Source: Nitrosopumilus sp. (GTDB lineage Archaea; Thermoproteota; Nitrososphaeria; Nitrososphaerales; Nitrosopumilaceae). Taken from it: 64,000 nt of DNA. The stretch is from the NCBI GenBank assembly GCA_965238275.1, contig OZ250186.1, forward strand, positions 1,696,001 through 1,760,000. Reading direction: 5' to 3'. The position numbers were made by a program, and so were the translations under genes. The stretch's first letter is position 1, and each line of letters opens with the position of its first letter. The notes beneath the pieces were generated by a model that saw only the letters and a program-made list of their open reading frames with translations, ran no database searches and was not told where the DNA came from. Shown here one piece after another: positions 1-10,933 of this stretch.

Positions 1-679
1 GGCCGGCAAGGCTTCCCAGCGATGCTGCCCCGTCCACGGCGAGTATGGCGCCTGCCCACAGCAGGCCCGCGCCGCCGGCCGTCATCAGGATGGATCTTAC
101 CAGCCCGCCTGCCACTGCCGGCCGCGGGGGTTTGCTGCCAGGCATCCTGCCGTCTGCTGCGGCATCCTCTGTGGCAGTATCTGTCGCGGCCCCGTCTGCA
201 AGCACGTCGACGACCTCCTCCCCCCTCTGCCTGGTGTGGCGGTGCAGAAGAATTGTAGTGGATGCGACGGCTGCAGCAAGCAGGATTGCCCCGTCAAAGA
301 AAGACACGTCGCCGTCTGCCACCAAAAGCACGATCCCGACAGAACAGCCCACGACCACGAGAAACTCTCCCCTGTATTTGCGCCATCTCCCAAACCCTGC
401 GCCCAACATCAGTGCGACGGCGGCAACCATCCCCACGTTTGCCACATTGGAGCCGGCGACATTTCCCAATACCATCCCCGGGTGCGGGTCCAGCGCGGCA
501 ATGCTTGCGGCCAGTTCAGGCGCAGATGTGCCGTATGCAACCACTGTCATGCCGACTACAAACCCGGGCAGGCCAACCAGGCGGGATATTCCCACCGCCC
601 CCCGAATTAGGAGACTGCCGCCAAACACCAGTACGGCAATCCCTCCGGCTGTTACAAGTACGGATAAGAGAGCGTCCAT
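1..679 (-). CDS. Sodium/calcium exchanger family antiporter (YrbG/CaCA-like); runs off the window edge
   Basis: Manual minus-strand translation from ATG 679: MDALLSVLVTAGGIAVLVFGGSLLIRGAVGISRL...VVAYGTSAPELAAS...GNVAGSNVANV. Contains the CaCA alpha-repeat GTSxPE and GSN motifs. Absent from the ORF track because there is no stop inside the window. Confidence 0.9.
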   Translation of the reverse strand, partial: MDALLSVLVTAGGIAVLVFGGSLLIRGAVGISRLVGLPGFVVGMTVVAYGTSAPELAASIAALDPHPGMVLGNVAGSNVANVGMVAAVALMLGAGFGRWRKYRGEFLVVVGCSVGIVLLVADGDVSFFDGAILLAAAVASTTILLHRHTRQRGEEVVDVLADGAATDTATEDAAADGRMPGSKPPRPAVAGGLVRSILMTAGGAGLLWAGAILAVDGAASLGSLAG

Positions 680-1017
680 CAGGATTCACCAAAGAGATTG
701 TAGAGCCGCCTCCCCAATTCTTCACAATACGGGCTGGCTGTAGGATCCCACGATTTCCATTCGCATCCGCAACGTGGGCAATCCCCTGTAAACATGACAC
801 TGTCTGATGGCTGCTGTATATATAAGAGACTTGACTCGCAATTGTACGCGTCCCGGTTTGGCGTAAGGATCTACAAGGATCAGGATCGGTAAGATCATGT
901 GTCCAGTACGAATATCAAGGAAGAAGATGTTAATGACTGGCGGAATCAATTTTCATATAATACGCATATAACTCTAAAGATAAACAGTTATAATCAAACA
1001 AACTTGGTGTTTTTCAT

Positions 1018-3357
1018 ATGTTATATGCCATATGCATTCTGGTTTTGTTGGTGGCAGGCATGGGAGCGAATGCGTTTGCAGACAATCATGCGACCACCGT
1101 TACATTGGAAGATCTGGGGGTGTTGCAGCTGGCCGCACATGACTTGTTTGACGTAAGGAGGGGAGACACAGTGACCCTCGAATCCTCTGTGGATTTTGAG
1201 AACGGGAGACTGGACTTGAGTACGCTGTTTATCAATACGACATCGGGAAATTATTTTGATGACGAGACCGTTGCAAAAGGCGGAGAAGTCAGAAACCGCG
1301 AAAACGTCTTTCTGTTTACAGTATCGGCTGTACTCGGCGAGGAATATCTTGGGCATATAGATTCTGGAGACAGCCGGGAAGTCGCTAGGGAGAAAACTAT
1401 CGGGATGTATCATGAAATGTTTGCAACAGCATACAACAACACGTTTGGTGAAGAAATTCCAGAAAAGCGCAAGGGCCAGGCTACGCCTGACGGAAACACC
1501 GCCTTCAGAACAGTCCACGATTTCTTGCCGGGCAATATTACAGTCAATGGCACAGACACTGCCCTGCTAAGCATACCCCCAAACGTCAGGCTGTCGGATT
1601 CGGACATGATGCAGCAAAGTTCGCCTCTTGATGGGACATTAGACGAGGAGTTTCTTGCAATTGATATCAGCCACCCCGGCGGTCCGATGATTATCGTGAA
1701 TCTGCTTGAGGCTGACCAGACATTTGGCGACCAGTTTGGAACGGAATTTGGCTTTGATGAATTGCTTGAAGAGCTTGTCGATGGGAAATACGATACGGGT
1801 GACAAGGCCATGCATGGGATCAGAAATCTGATCAGCATAGCATATCCTGGCGCATACCAAGACGAAACCCCGAAGCCTAACGCCGCACCGTACCCCGTCT
1901 CCATTGAGACCGGGGAACTTGACACCGTCGTCATGACCATGTCTGAGGACGTACGCAAGCGAGAGACGGAGAACGCCGGATTTAACATATCTGGCATCGC
2001 GTCTGGGCCTTCCATCAGCAACATTACATTATCTGGCAACACAATCACGCTGAGCCTGTCTGCGGAAATGGTTGATTCTGACTCCCCACGGCTGGCCTAC
2101 AACAGCAGCACAGGCAGCATAGCGGATCCCAGCGGCCGGCCCCTTGCAAGCTTTGACAAGCCGGTGAGAAACACCCTTGACACCACGGTCCCGACGGTGC
2201 GTTCTGCCACGATGGACAACTCCGGCACCGTTTACGTCAGGCTGTCCGAGTCCGTCCAACAGGGCCTGGCAGGACCGGGAGACTTTACCGTCAACAACAC
2301 GTCAATTACAGTATCGGAAGTTGGCGTATTCGGATCCACCATAACGCTGGAACTCTCCGGCCCGATACCAGACGACGAGGCCCTGACGCTCAGATATGAC
2401 GGAGGTCCGGGCAAGATTGCAGACGGAAAGGGCAATCTTCTAGGCAGCTTTGCTGACGAGCCGATAAACAAGCAGTCGCGCAAGCGAGTCGCCTTCAAAT
2501 CCGCGCCTGCAATGGATCTTGTCTCCATGCAGTCATTGGGCTATATGGATTCCTTTAACGGTACCACAAATCCGCATGATCCGTATGCGCCCATGACCCC
2601 CATGAATTCAGATGACCAGTTTAACTTTGCAATTGCCATAAACGACAGCCACTACCTGCTGGGCGGCACCCTGAACACGCTGGAACCCCAGACCCTCCTG
2701 ACCGGAGTCCCCAACACCATCATCTTTGCCGTACATGATCATGCAGACATCGCGCACTTTACCCTGTACATGAACCTGCACGGACAGGACACCGACTATC
2801 GGGACAGCGACACATATGTCACGTATGACATGGGCAACATCCGCATAGTCGACCCGCACGATCTCATCGCAGACGCCGCAGTCACCATCAAGACCAACGA
2901 GGCGGATTTGTCAAGACACATAGTCGTGTTTGTCATCACGTTTGAAGACGAGATGGAACAGACCAACCTCGTAGCCAGGACCTGGAACACCGGCGCGTCC
3001 CTGACCATGGTGCGCATCCTCAACGCGTTTGCCGTGTCTGCAGCAGCAGCACTGCCTGATCCGCAGCCTGTACCGTCAGGGGATCCCATGCCAGACAGCG
3101 TCATGGGCGAACCAGAAGACGCCGGGGCCGCCGTCACCATTCCGGATCAGAACGCAGTTGAGATGACAATCCGCGTCTGGTCGGGATTTGAGTTCGGTTC
3201 CGTGACAGACGCGCAGCTGCTTGACGCGTTAGACTTGGAACATGACGGGGACATACCAGTCTGGGTCATGACGGAACTGGGCGTGCTGTGCTCCCAGGGC
3301 TACATCACCGTTGAGGAGTTCACCACTGCCATCTCGTACGTTCTTGCAAGCATCTAA
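1018..3357 (+). CDS. Secreted surface protein with SwmB-like beta repeats and a thaumarchaeal C-terminal IPxW-type domain
   Basis: Signal peptide; two repeats of the form 'ITLxLS...xYxxxxGxIADxxGxxLxSF'; C-terminal 'IPVWVMTELG...ITVEEFTTAISYV'. Confidence 0.7.
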   Translation: MLYAICILVLLVAGMGANAFADNHATTVTLEDLGVLQLAAHDLFDVRRGDTVTLESSVDFENGRLDLSTLFINTTSGNYFDDETVAKGGEVRNRENVFLFTVSAVLGEEYLGHIDSGDSREVAREKTIGMYHEMFATAYNNTFGEEIPEKRKGQATPDGNTAFRTVHDFLPGNITVNGTDTALLSIPPNVRLSDSDMMQQSSPLDGTLDEEFLAIDISHPGGPMIIVNLLEADQTFGDQFGTEFGFDELLEELVDGKYDTGDKAMHGIRNLISIAYPGAYQDETPKPNAAPYPVSIETGELDTVVMTMSEDVRKRETENAGFNISGIASGPSISNITLSGNTITLSLSAEMVDSDSPRLAYNSSTGSIADPSGRPLASFDKPVRNTLDTTVPTVRSATMDNSGTVYVRLSESVQQGLAGPGDFTVNNTSITVSEVGVFGSTITLELSGPIPDDEALTLRYDGGPGKIADGKGNLLGSFADEPINKQSRKRVAFKSAPAMDLVSMQSLGYMDSFNGTTNPHDPYAPMTPMNSDDQFNFAIAINDSHYLLGGTLNTLEPQTLLTGVPNTIIFAVHDHADIAHFTLYMNLHGQDTDYRDSDTYVTYDMGNIRIVDPHDLIADAAVTIKTNEADLSRHIVVFVITFEDEMEQTNLVARTWNTGASLTMVRILNAFAVSAAAALPDPQPVPSGDPMPDSVMGEPEDAGAAVTIPDQNAVEMTIRVWSGFEFGSVTDAQLLDALDLEHDGDIPVWVMTELGVLCSQGYITVEEFTTAISYVLASI

Positions 3358-3717
3358 TGGCCAAAGGCGCAAGCTAGTGCGTTTTACATCACTTTTTTTA
3401 AAAAAACAGGTTTTAGTCCCAAGCGTGATCGTGGGCAGGGCGCACAATCCGCCGAGCAAAGGCATTCAGAAGAGCGTCATGGCGTTACATTGATCCTTCA
3501 ATGAGCGCAGCACCCCGCAGTGCGTGGTCATGGCTTTCGATTATACAAAAAGGCAGCAAAGACCGGGTGCGAGGGCTCACCGGGGTATGGTTTTTCATGG
3601 TGTTTTGTATATTTGGCGCCATGTGCAGGCGGCACGCCCAGTTCGACGTATAACGTTGCTTTGAGTTTGTAAATCCTAAAGGAACGAACGAGTTGCGACT
3701 GCTGGTTGTTTATTTTT

Positions 3718-3747
3718 TGTACTGAATATTTATATTAGTTCAGTACA
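3718..3747 (+). promoter_or_regulatory. Inverted-repeat operator flanking the TATA box of the AbiE-like operon
   Basis: TGTACTGAA (3718-3726) and TTCAGTACA (3739-3747) form a perfect 9-bp IR around TTTATA, about 12 bp before ATG 3760. Confidence 0.6.
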
Positions 3748-3759
3748 GTTACTATACAC

Positions 3760-4533
3760 ATGTTGTACGAACAGATAAGACACGCCCATACCGTCAGGGG
3801 GATGTACCGGATGAGGCACATGTTAGCCCAAAGAAAACGACATGACATGGGTACGAGGCTTAATTATCCCAAGTACAGCAAGCAGTTCTACAGGATCAAA
3901 TCAAAACTTAGGGAAGAGTGCATAATCAGCAACCGCGGGACATTCATAGAGAGTCTCCCAAACCTGCATGTGGCAATGATGCCGCTGCGGGTAAATGGAG
4001 AACAGATCAACGTGCTTGGAAGCAGAATTCCGTACGTCATCTTCTTGGCCCTGATCATGGGCCCACCCCGAAATGCGGGATACTTGGCAAGAAAGTGCAG
4101 TTTTAGCAGAAAGGCAGTATACGACGCCCTGAGGAGGATGGAGGATGCAGGGCTCATACGGATGGATGGCTTCACGGCAACTGCCGATGGCGGTCCTGCC
4201 CGCGCGTGGCTTGCAGGATATCTGAATGCCGTCAAGGCGTGGATCGATGCGCGTGAAGATGCATTTGTTCTGTTTAACACAATCCCTTCGTACGTGGGAG
4301 GTCCACATGCACGCCGCGTTCTGGATTACGAACCCGGAAACACGATGGGTTCGGCTGAGATGCACATATTCACATACGAGCCGTTCCTTGACCTCATAAA
4401 GTCCATTGTACGGGAAAGTCTATACTTTAAGAGGCATCCAAAACCCGTGGTTGTCAAGGTTGCCCACGACAGGCATGCACGATGGGTGGATGGCATACCG
4501 TACCAAAAAGATATCCGAATGGCAGAGGGTTGA
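3760..4533 (+). CDS. Winged-HTH protein, probable type IV TA antitoxin (AbiEi-like partner)
   Basis: HTH 'LARKCSFSRKAVYDALRRMEDAGLI'; lies directly upstream of an AbiEii-like gene. Confidence 0.65.
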   Translation: MLYEQIRHAHTVRGMYRMRHMLAQRKRHDMGTRLNYPKYSKQFYRIKSKLREECIISNRGTFIESLPNLHVAMMPLRVNGEQINVLGSRIPYVIFLALIMGPPRNAGYLARKCSFSRKAVYDALRRMEDAGLIRMDGFTATADGGPARAWLAGYLNAVKAWIDAREDAFVLFNTIPSYVGGPHARRVLDYEPGNTMGSAEMHIFTYEPFLDLIKSIVRESLYFKRHPKPVVVKVAHDRHARWVDGIPYQKDIRMAEG

Positions 4534-4536
4534 GAC

Positions 4537-5421
4537 ATGGGCATTTTCTTCTTCATCAATGACAGTTTGGTAAACCTTGACGACCCGACTGTGATGGTCA
4601 AGGATGAATACCATGAACGTTTTGCAAGAAAGGAATTTTCCCCATTCATTCTCTCTGAGGTGTGTGTGCTGGACATGCTGTACATGATTGATGACATGAG
4701 GGATGGGTACTACAGGGAAAGGCTCAGCCTGAAGGGCGGGTTTTCTGTAAGAAGCGTCGTGCCTCTAGCGGATCACCGGTTTTCGTTTGACGTCGACTTT
4801 GATCCCAACACACGAGGCGGATACACCTACGGGGACGTGTGTGACCTGAAAGCCGACATTACAAAGTATGGAGCGACGAGGGGGTGCAGAACTCCAGTTG
4901 AGATGACCCGAGATGATTCGAGACTGCATTTCATAGAGATCGGGTACAAGAAATCGCTAGGAAGCGGTAACCAGATAAGAGAACCTCCCAAGATCGAGGT
5001 GTGCAAGACTTGTCGTGTATTTGAAAATCCTGTGTCAGGTCCGATCAATACGATGATTGATCTGGGAATTCTGGGGTTGGAGCCTCCCATGATTAACCAC
5101 CTGTCACTTGAGGAACAGTTTGCAACGAAGCTTTTTGTCATAGGATCTACTGCAAGACAGAGAAACCAGTTTGACGCATACGATTCGTTTAGGATATTCA
5201 AGTGCAACAAAATGGACATGAAAAAAGCGCGTAACATCTTTGAGACACTGTGCGAGCGGCGCAACACGAAACTGCACGTGTACGCATCGGAGTGTAGACA
5301 CCAGCTTGACACAATGTTGAAGAATACCAAAAAGAGGGAAAAATTGGAGGATGCAGCGTTTGAAGGAAGCCTTGACTTTGATGCCATGGTAAACACAGTA
5401 AAGTCGTTTTACGATTTTTAG
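4537..5421 (+). CDS. Nucleotidyltransferase AbiEii/AbiGii toxin family protein
   Basis: 'LSLKGGFSV...HRFSFDVDF' matches the KGG...RxSxDxD motif; C-terminal 'LEEQFATKL...FDAYD'. Confidence 0.85.
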   Translation: MGIFFFINDSLVNLDDPTVMVKDEYHERFARKEFSPFILSEVCVLDMLYMIDDMRDGYYRERLSLKGGFSVRSVVPLADHRFSFDVDFDPNTRGGYTYGDVCDLKADITKYGATRGCRTPVEMTRDDSRLHFIEIGYKKSLGSGNQIREPPKIEVCKTCRVFENPVSGPINTMIDLGILGLEPPMINHLSLEEQFATKLFVIGSTARQRNQFDAYDSFRIFKCNKMDMKKARNIFETLCERRNTKLHVYASECRHQLDTMLKNTKKREKLEDAAFEGSLDFDAMVNTVKSFYDF

Positions 5422-5449
5422 ATGCCATTCCAGCATTAACTTGAATCGG

Positions 5450-6419
5450 GTTACGCCTCCTCCCAGATACCAAATCCTGTGCACGGTCACGTTTCCCAGG
5501 TATCCTCCTCCATCCAATTCCTGGTCTCTCGTTATAGTATTCGACGTACTCTGCCAGGCTCCTGCGGTGACATATTTCATCTTCAAGCGTCCTGTGAAAC
5601 CGCTCAAGCTTGCCGTTGGTCTGGGGGTGGTACGGCCTGGAGTTTATCAGCCCTATGCTCAGGTCCAGCAGCTCTGCCTCAAAGGTGGTGGGCTGCCATG
5701 ATCCGGAAGGCGCCTTCATCTTCACGTACCTGCCTGTAGCGCCCACAAAGCATGAGCCGTTGTCTGACAGGATGGTGGCAGGAACGCCGAACTGCCTGAC
5801 TGCATCCCGGAGAACCTTCACAACGTTCTCGGACGTGGCCTCAGTAAACAGACCCACCCCGGTCACGCATCTTGACGCGTCGTCCAGAAAGGTCACCAGA
5901 TTGAGCCCTTTCATGCGCGGATCCTTCATGACATGCCAGTCTGTGTGCCACATGGAGTTGGAATGCCTTCGTTCGTAGCGAACCCACTTTCGTTTTTTGG
6001 ACTTTGCCGCAGACGAAACCACCAGGCCGTTCTCCTTCATTATCCGGTATACCCTCTGGTAACCTATATCATGATTTACCTGCAGGTTCATGGCAGTGCG
6101 CAGCACGCCTTGCGGTTCCCGTCTGCATTCATCCAGCACAAGTCGTACTTCCTCTGGGGATGGTGGCCGTGCAGGCCGGCCGGGACGCTGCGGAGTGCCG
6201 GCAGTACGGAACACGGCCCGCAGCCTGCGGACATGTCTTGGCGTCACGCCGATCTCTGTTGCCACTTCCGTCGTGCCCCTGCCCTTGCCGAGCTGTGCCA
6301 TCGCGTATCTGATGGACTTTGCCGTCAGTCGTTTTGCCATCGTTTTTCTTGATCGGTAAAGGACAAAGTAATCCTTTACGTAACGCTTGATCTTAGGCGG
6401 ACCTAATTTTCGAACCACA
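5450..6419 (-). mobile_element. IS481-family element with an internally deleted transposase (start 6340)
   Basis: rve motifs WHTDW, FLDDASR, LSDNGS and RPYHPQTNGKLERFH. End sequence TGTGGTTCGAAAATTAGGTCCGCC at 6419. The C-terminal 'NWMEED' is out of frame after YNER. Left boundary approximate. Confidence 0.85.
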
Positions 6420-6466
6420 AAAACCGGGTGCAAAGGTTCAATAGAATTGGCGCCCTTTGTCACTGC

Positions 6467-6871
6467 ATGACAGTGGATTCTGCCCTGCTTGACGCTCTGA
6501 TGCGGCCGGACCCAAAACCCGCCCCGAGGTTTCTGCTGCATCTGGACGGCGCCTCGTACCCGATGGAGAATGTCGCCGTTGCAGATTCCCCCACCCCTGT
6601 CAATAGGCCCACGACGCGCGGCGGCGTATACTTTTCAGGCCGGTCCGCCCACCGCATCACCGGGACCGTGCTGGGCACCAACCTTGCGCCGTCCCTTACC
6701 GGAAAGATGCTTGGGCCAAGTACCGACTTTGAGGTGCTCCGGATCGACGCAGAGATTGCCTGCGATGGCAGGCCCGTCCGCCTTGCAATCACTGTCCACC
6801 TTACCAACAGCGTTCAGACTCCGGATTCGATGGAGCTTGGCATGACCATCGTGGGCCTGGAGTCAGCCTAG
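6467..6871 (+). CDS. Conserved thaumarchaeal hypothetical protein
   Basis: ORF from ATG 6467 with '[14 protein letters not shown]'; fits the gene spacing. Confidence 0.7.
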   Translation: MTVDSALLDALMRPDPKPAPRFLLHLDGASYPMENVAVADSPTPVNRPTTRGGVYFSGRSAHRITGTVLGTNLAPSLTGKMLGPSTDFEVLRIDAEIACDGRPVRLAITVHLTNSVQTPDSMELGMTIVGLESA

Positions 6872-7426
6872 CCTGTGGTGCCTGTCGTACCTGTCCCTGT
6901 TCTCCTTGTCTGAGAGGATCTCGTATGCCTCGTTGATCTCGGCCATCATCCCCTCAGAGTCGCCGCCTGCCTTGTCCGGATGCGTCTTCTTTGCAAGCTC
7001 CCTGAACCTCTTCTTTATGTCCTCCGGCGTGGCGTCTGCGGCAACGCCTAAAATCCCGTAATAGTCCGGAAGATCCCCGCTTGCCGCAGCACTGCGAAAC
7101 TCCCTGTCCATTCTGGTGTTCTTCCTGCTGCCAATCTCCTCATAGTCGTCCCCCCAGTCCGAGTGGTACTTTTCATACGTCTTCTCCTTCTTTGACTCGA
7201 GATCCTCCGAGTCGTACGACGTCCCTTTGCGCAGTATGACATCGCGCGCAAGATACAGAAACACCCCGATTACGGCAACTGCAAACCCTCCAAGCAGAAC
7301 GGTCTTTTCAAGATCCGAGACCTCAAGAACCATGTCCGGGGCCTGCCCGGCCTGCGCAAAGGAGACCTGGGCCATCCCTGAAACGGCTATGGACACAAGA
7401 AGAAGAAGAATGACAAAGGCCATCAT
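6863..7426 (-). CDS. Membrane-anchored DnaJ-domain protein
   Basis: 'DYYGILGV...[16 protein letters not shown]...[11 protein letters not shown]' with the HPD motif; two N-terminal hydrophobic segments. Confidence 0.9.
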   Translation of the reverse strand: MMAFVILLLLVSIAVSGMAQVSFAQAGQAPDMVLEVSDLEKTVLLGGFAVAVIGVFLYLARDVILRKGTSYDSEDLESKKEKTYEKYHSDWGDDYEEIGSRKNTRMDREFRSAAASGDLPDYYGILGVAADATPEDIKKRFRELAKKTHPDKAGGDSEGMMAEINEAYEILSDKENRDRYDRHHRLG

Positions 7427-7430
7427 GTGC

Positions 7431-7874
7431 CTACACCAGTCTGAAATCTTCCTTTGCCGTGTCTAGGACCACATGAGTTATGGTATTATCCACATTGGGG
7501 GTTACTGCCAACTTCTTTACAAACCTGCTCAGATCCTCCCTTGTTTTGAATTTTGCTATGATCAGCATGTCTGTGGGCCCGGTAACGTCGTAGACTGCGC
7601 AGACGTTTTCAAGTTTTGCCACGCCGGCCTCGACGTCGATAATCTTGCTCTTCTTGGAGGCTATCTCGATTACCGCCGTCAGGGAATACCCAATCTTCTC
7701 GTAGTCTATGACTGCCGAGTACCTGCTGATGATTCCTGCCCCCTCCATCTTCCTTATCTTGGAGAGTACCGTAGCCGTGGAGACTCCTACCATGTGTGCC
7801 AGCTTTCTTGCAGAGAGCCGCGCATCCGTTGTCAGGTTTTTAAGAATGGTCATGTCCTTTTCATCAAGTTTCAT
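7431..7874 (-). CDS. Lrp/AsnC family transcriptional regulator
   Basis: '[19 protein letters not shown]...[12 protein letters not shown]' HTH followed by RAM domain 'VYDVTGPTD'. Confidence 0.93.
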   Translation of the reverse strand: MKLDEKDMTILKNLTTDARLSARKLAHMVGVSTATVLSKIRKMEGAGIISRYSAVIDYEKIGYSLTAVIEIASKKSKIIDVEAGVAKLENVCAVYDVTGPTDMLIIAKFKTREDLSRFVKKLAVTPNVDNTITHVVLDTAKEDFRLV

Positions 7875-8145
7875 ACCGTATGTATCTTACAAATTTATTT
7901 AAACCTTCGAACAGGCCTGATTTTTGATCCTGACGCCGTGCGGCTTCGTGGCGATGAGGTGCCCGCATCCGGACACGGTTCTTCCCAGTCACGATTCTCT
8001 CCAATACTGGCAAATGGCGAATTCCCCTGAATGCAAGGCCGTGCACCGCTGTTCCAATAAAATATTCCAGAACATGCAGGCGCAGCGGCCTGGGGTCCCG
8101 GGGGCGCAGCCAAAACCAGACTGCATTAAATACGCGTGCGCAGTA

Positions 8146-8382
8146 ATGGTACCTGTGACTGATACATCCGGAATCGTCCTGGAGGGAGAGAGGTGTATCG
8201 AGGCCGGACGGTTTGACGAGGCACTTGATCTCTTTGAGCGGGCGCTTGCCCTCAAACCAGACGATCCCGACCTTTGGAACCTCAAGGGGGTCGCGCTCAG
8301 GGGGATGGGCAGGTACGAGGAGTCGGCACGGTGCTTTGAGCGTTCACTCCGGATAGACCCGCGGGACAGGCACTCGTCCTGA
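8146..8382 (+). CDS. Small tetratricopeptide-repeat protein
   Basis: 'GRFDEALDLFERALALKPDDPDLWNLKGVALRGMGRYEESARCFERSLRIDP'. Confidence 0.85.
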   Translation: MVPVTDTSGIVLEGERCIEAGRFDEALDLFERALALKPDDPDLWNLKGVALRGMGRYEESARCFERSLRIDPRDRHSS

Positions 8383-8448
8383 TGCCGTGCTTGTGCCATG
8401 CCGCCGTCTCATCCATCCCACCACGCTGCCTGGAATGCCGGCCATCTC

Positions 8449-8616
8449 CTAAAATACAGTCACGTCCCCGGGCGCAGGCTCGCGTTCTGACCTTACGTGC
8501 ATCTCGGGATCCTCGTGTGCCGTGCGCTGGTGCTCTCTTAGCCCTTCCAGGTTCTCGAACCCCTCATGGCACAGGTAGCATTTTGGCCGGGATTCATCCA
8601 CAATTGGAAGTACCAT
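8449..8616 (-). CDS. 55-aa C2H2 zinc-finger protein (not in ORF track)
   Basis: Manual translation MVLPIVDESRPKCYLCHEGFENLEGLREHQRTAHEDPEMHVRSEREPAPGDVTVF; pattern C-x2-C-x3-F-x5-L-x2-H-x4-H. Confidence 0.8.
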   Translation of the reverse strand: MVLPIVDESRPKCYLCHEGFENLEGLREHQRTAHEDPEMHVRSEREPAPGDVTVF

Positions 8617-8807
8617 GTGGGGGATGACGCCGGCCGGGTACTTATCCTTTGAGATTTTACTTACGGGGTGCGGTGGTCCTGCCCTTCATGCGGGGGAGGG
8701 GACCCATTCCGTGACGGGCGTGGCCATGCCCCTGCAGTACCCGGTGCAGCCAAATACGCGCAGCCGGGCTTCAAGGATTATATAAAGAACCGAAGGTGTG
8801 ATGAGCA

Positions 8808-9905
8808 ATGTTAAACGGGCTTGCAGGCGACTCGCGTGCACTGGATCGTGCCATCGCCGGAGAGGAGCTCTCGTACAAGGACGGCGTCGAACTGATGAAC
8901 TATGACAACATTCATCTTCTTGGGGCCGTGGGGGACGCGACACGCAGGAGGCTAGTCGGCGACACTGTGACCTTTGCAGCGTCATACTACATGAACTATA
9001 CAAACGTCTGTGCGGCCAGCTGCCAGATGTGCGCGTTTTACAGAAAGGACGGCGCAGACGACGCGTACACGCTGACCCCCGAGGAGATAGTGCAGAGGGT
9101 CGGAATCGCCAGGCAGATGGGCGCCACAGAGGTGCACATAGTGGGAGGGTTCCACCCCAAGCTTCCCCTGGAGTACTACGAGGACATGATGAGGACCATC
9201 AAGGGACAGCACCCCGACCTTAACATCAAGGCCCTTACCGCAGCCGAGATATTCTATCTTTCAAAGCTTACCAAAAACTCCACAAAGGAGATCCTGCGCA
9301 GGCTCAAGGATGCGGGCCTTGACTCGATGCCCGGCGGCGGCGCGGAGCTGTTCCACCCGGACATACGAAAAAGAATAGTCCGCGGCAAGTGCTCCGGACA
9401 GGAGTGGCTCGACGTAATCGGGGAGGCGCACGACATGGGAATCCGGAGCAACGCCACCATGCTGTACGGGCACATAGAGAAGCCCGAGCACATAGTGGAC
9501 CACCTGGTAAAGATACGTGATCTGCAGAAAAAGACCGGCGGGTTCCTCACGCTGATTCCGCTAAAGTTCAGCCTGGACAACACCGAACTTGAGCAGGAGC
9601 ACCTCGTGGATCACGAGTGCTCGTCCGTGTACGACCTGAGGATAATTGCCCTCTCGAGGCTCATGCTTGCAGGCGTCCTTGACAACATATCCGTATACTG
9701 GGTGGCCTACGGCAAAAAGCTCGCACAGGTCGCACTCTCCAACGGCGGCAGCGACCTGGTGGGCACCGCGTTCTCAGAGGAGATCTACCGCGCGGCAGGA
9801 AAACCCACCTCGTCCTCAGTCGACGAGCTGGCAGTAATGGCAAAAGAGATTGGGCGCAGCCCGGCCCAGAGGAACACGCACTTTGGAATCCTAAGGCGCT
9901 TTTAG
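8808..9905 (+). CDS. mqnE: Radical SAM protein, CofH/MqnE family (probable aminofutalosine synthase)
   Basis: 'NYTNVCAASCQMCAF' CxxxCxxC, 'EVHIVGG', 'SMPGGGAE', 'SNATMLYGHIE'; an mqnD-like gene lies nearby. Confidence 0.8.
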   Translation: MLNGLAGDSRALDRAIAGEELSYKDGVELMNYDNIHLLGAVGDATRRRLVGDTVTFAASYYMNYTNVCAASCQMCAFYRKDGADDAYTLTPEEIVQRVGIARQMGATEVHIVGGFHPKLPLEYYEDMMRTIKGQHPDLNIKALTAAEIFYLSKLTKNSTKEILRRLKDAGLDSMPGGGAELFHPDIRKRIVRGKCSGQEWLDVIGEAHDMGIRSNATMLYGHIEKPEHIVDHLVKIRDLQKKTGGFLTLIPLKFSLDNTELEQEHLVDHECSSVYDLRIIALSRLMLAGVLDNISVYWVAYGKKLAQVALSNGGSDLVGTAFSEEIYRAAGKPTSSSVDELAVMAKEIGRSPAQRNTHFGILRRF

Positions 9906-10207
9906 CGCATGTGCCTCTTTACAGACTCTACCTTCTCCTCCATGCTTGTGTCCCTGTCCCTTCTGGAGTCTATCTTGAGCACCACCTCCACCCTGCCCAC
10001 CCCCAGGTTGTGGACGACCTCCATCATCCTGTCTGTGGCCTCGTGTATGGCGCCCATATCCTCTGACTCCAGGACCGTCCCCATGGGGTTGATCTCGTAC
10101 CTGAGGCCGTCCATGCCCCGTATGGACTCTATCGCCTTTGCGACGTAAAAGCCCACGCTGGCATCCTTTGTGGCCATGGGGTATATGCTGATCTCGGCGT
10201 GTATCAT
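9902..10207 (-). CDS. MTH1187 family thiamine-binding protein
   Basis: 'AEISIYPM...YEINPMGTVLE...LKIDSRRD...MEEKVESV'. Confidence 0.88.
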   Translation of the reverse strand: MIHAEISIYPMATKDASVGFYVAKAIESIRGMDGLRYEINPMGTVLESEDMGAIHEATDRMMEVVHNLGVGRVEVVLKIDSRRDRDTSMEEKVESVKRHMR

Positions 10208-10933
10208 GTGGATTGTTGCGTCATGGGGGTTTTTCAACATTCCCGATGCCCTTATGAATCCAAATTTGGAAGGCGATAGACATAGCAGGGGTACCACCGA
10301 GACCAACCTTGCGCTTGTCGTAATGATATATACCAGCTAGGCTGATTAATCTCATGCAAGAAATCCAAGCTGGACCTGATTTGGTCGTTCCACAACACAG
10401 GGAATTTTACCGGAAGGTTGCGGAGATCTTGGAGATGGTTAGGGAGAAACCCCTAGTTGATGGCGAGGTTGAGGTACTAGAGGGCATAATGGCAGACCTA
10501 GAGGCAGGCAAAACATCACCGTCTGGCTAGATCCCTCCTTCTTTCTTTCAATCTGGACTCTCGTATTTATTCTTGGTATCCAGTCATTTGCGTACGCCCG
10601 CATTTCTGCATAGATGCGTAGGCGTTCATCAATCTTTTCAATTGTATCTGGATCGTCCGTGTCAGAAAATATGTCAGTATCGTCTCCTGCCAATATATGC
10701 AACGTCCACTGATGCGTTAAAAGCAATTTGAAACTCAAACAGGTGGATTGGGGCGGATTCCTCGAAAGGAAAATGATTTTTGGTATCTGTGTAGTTTTTT
10801 GATCAAATGTTGAACTCCATATCTACAATCAGAAAATCCGCGTCTGTCTAATTTTTTAAAACTATTTTTGATCACTTGATCGAGTTTTTCTCTCCATCCT
10901 AATTTTTAGATCATTGTTGCCCACGGTTTGCAT

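Noticed and set aside
5198-6541. 447-aa full-length transposase as given in the ORF track
   Set aside because: The real start is 6340, and the C-terminal extension is read-through after an internal deletion, antisense to abiEii.
10439-10782. Gene split by the IS66 insertion
   Set aside because: Joining the flanks across the TSD did not give a convincing continuous ORF.
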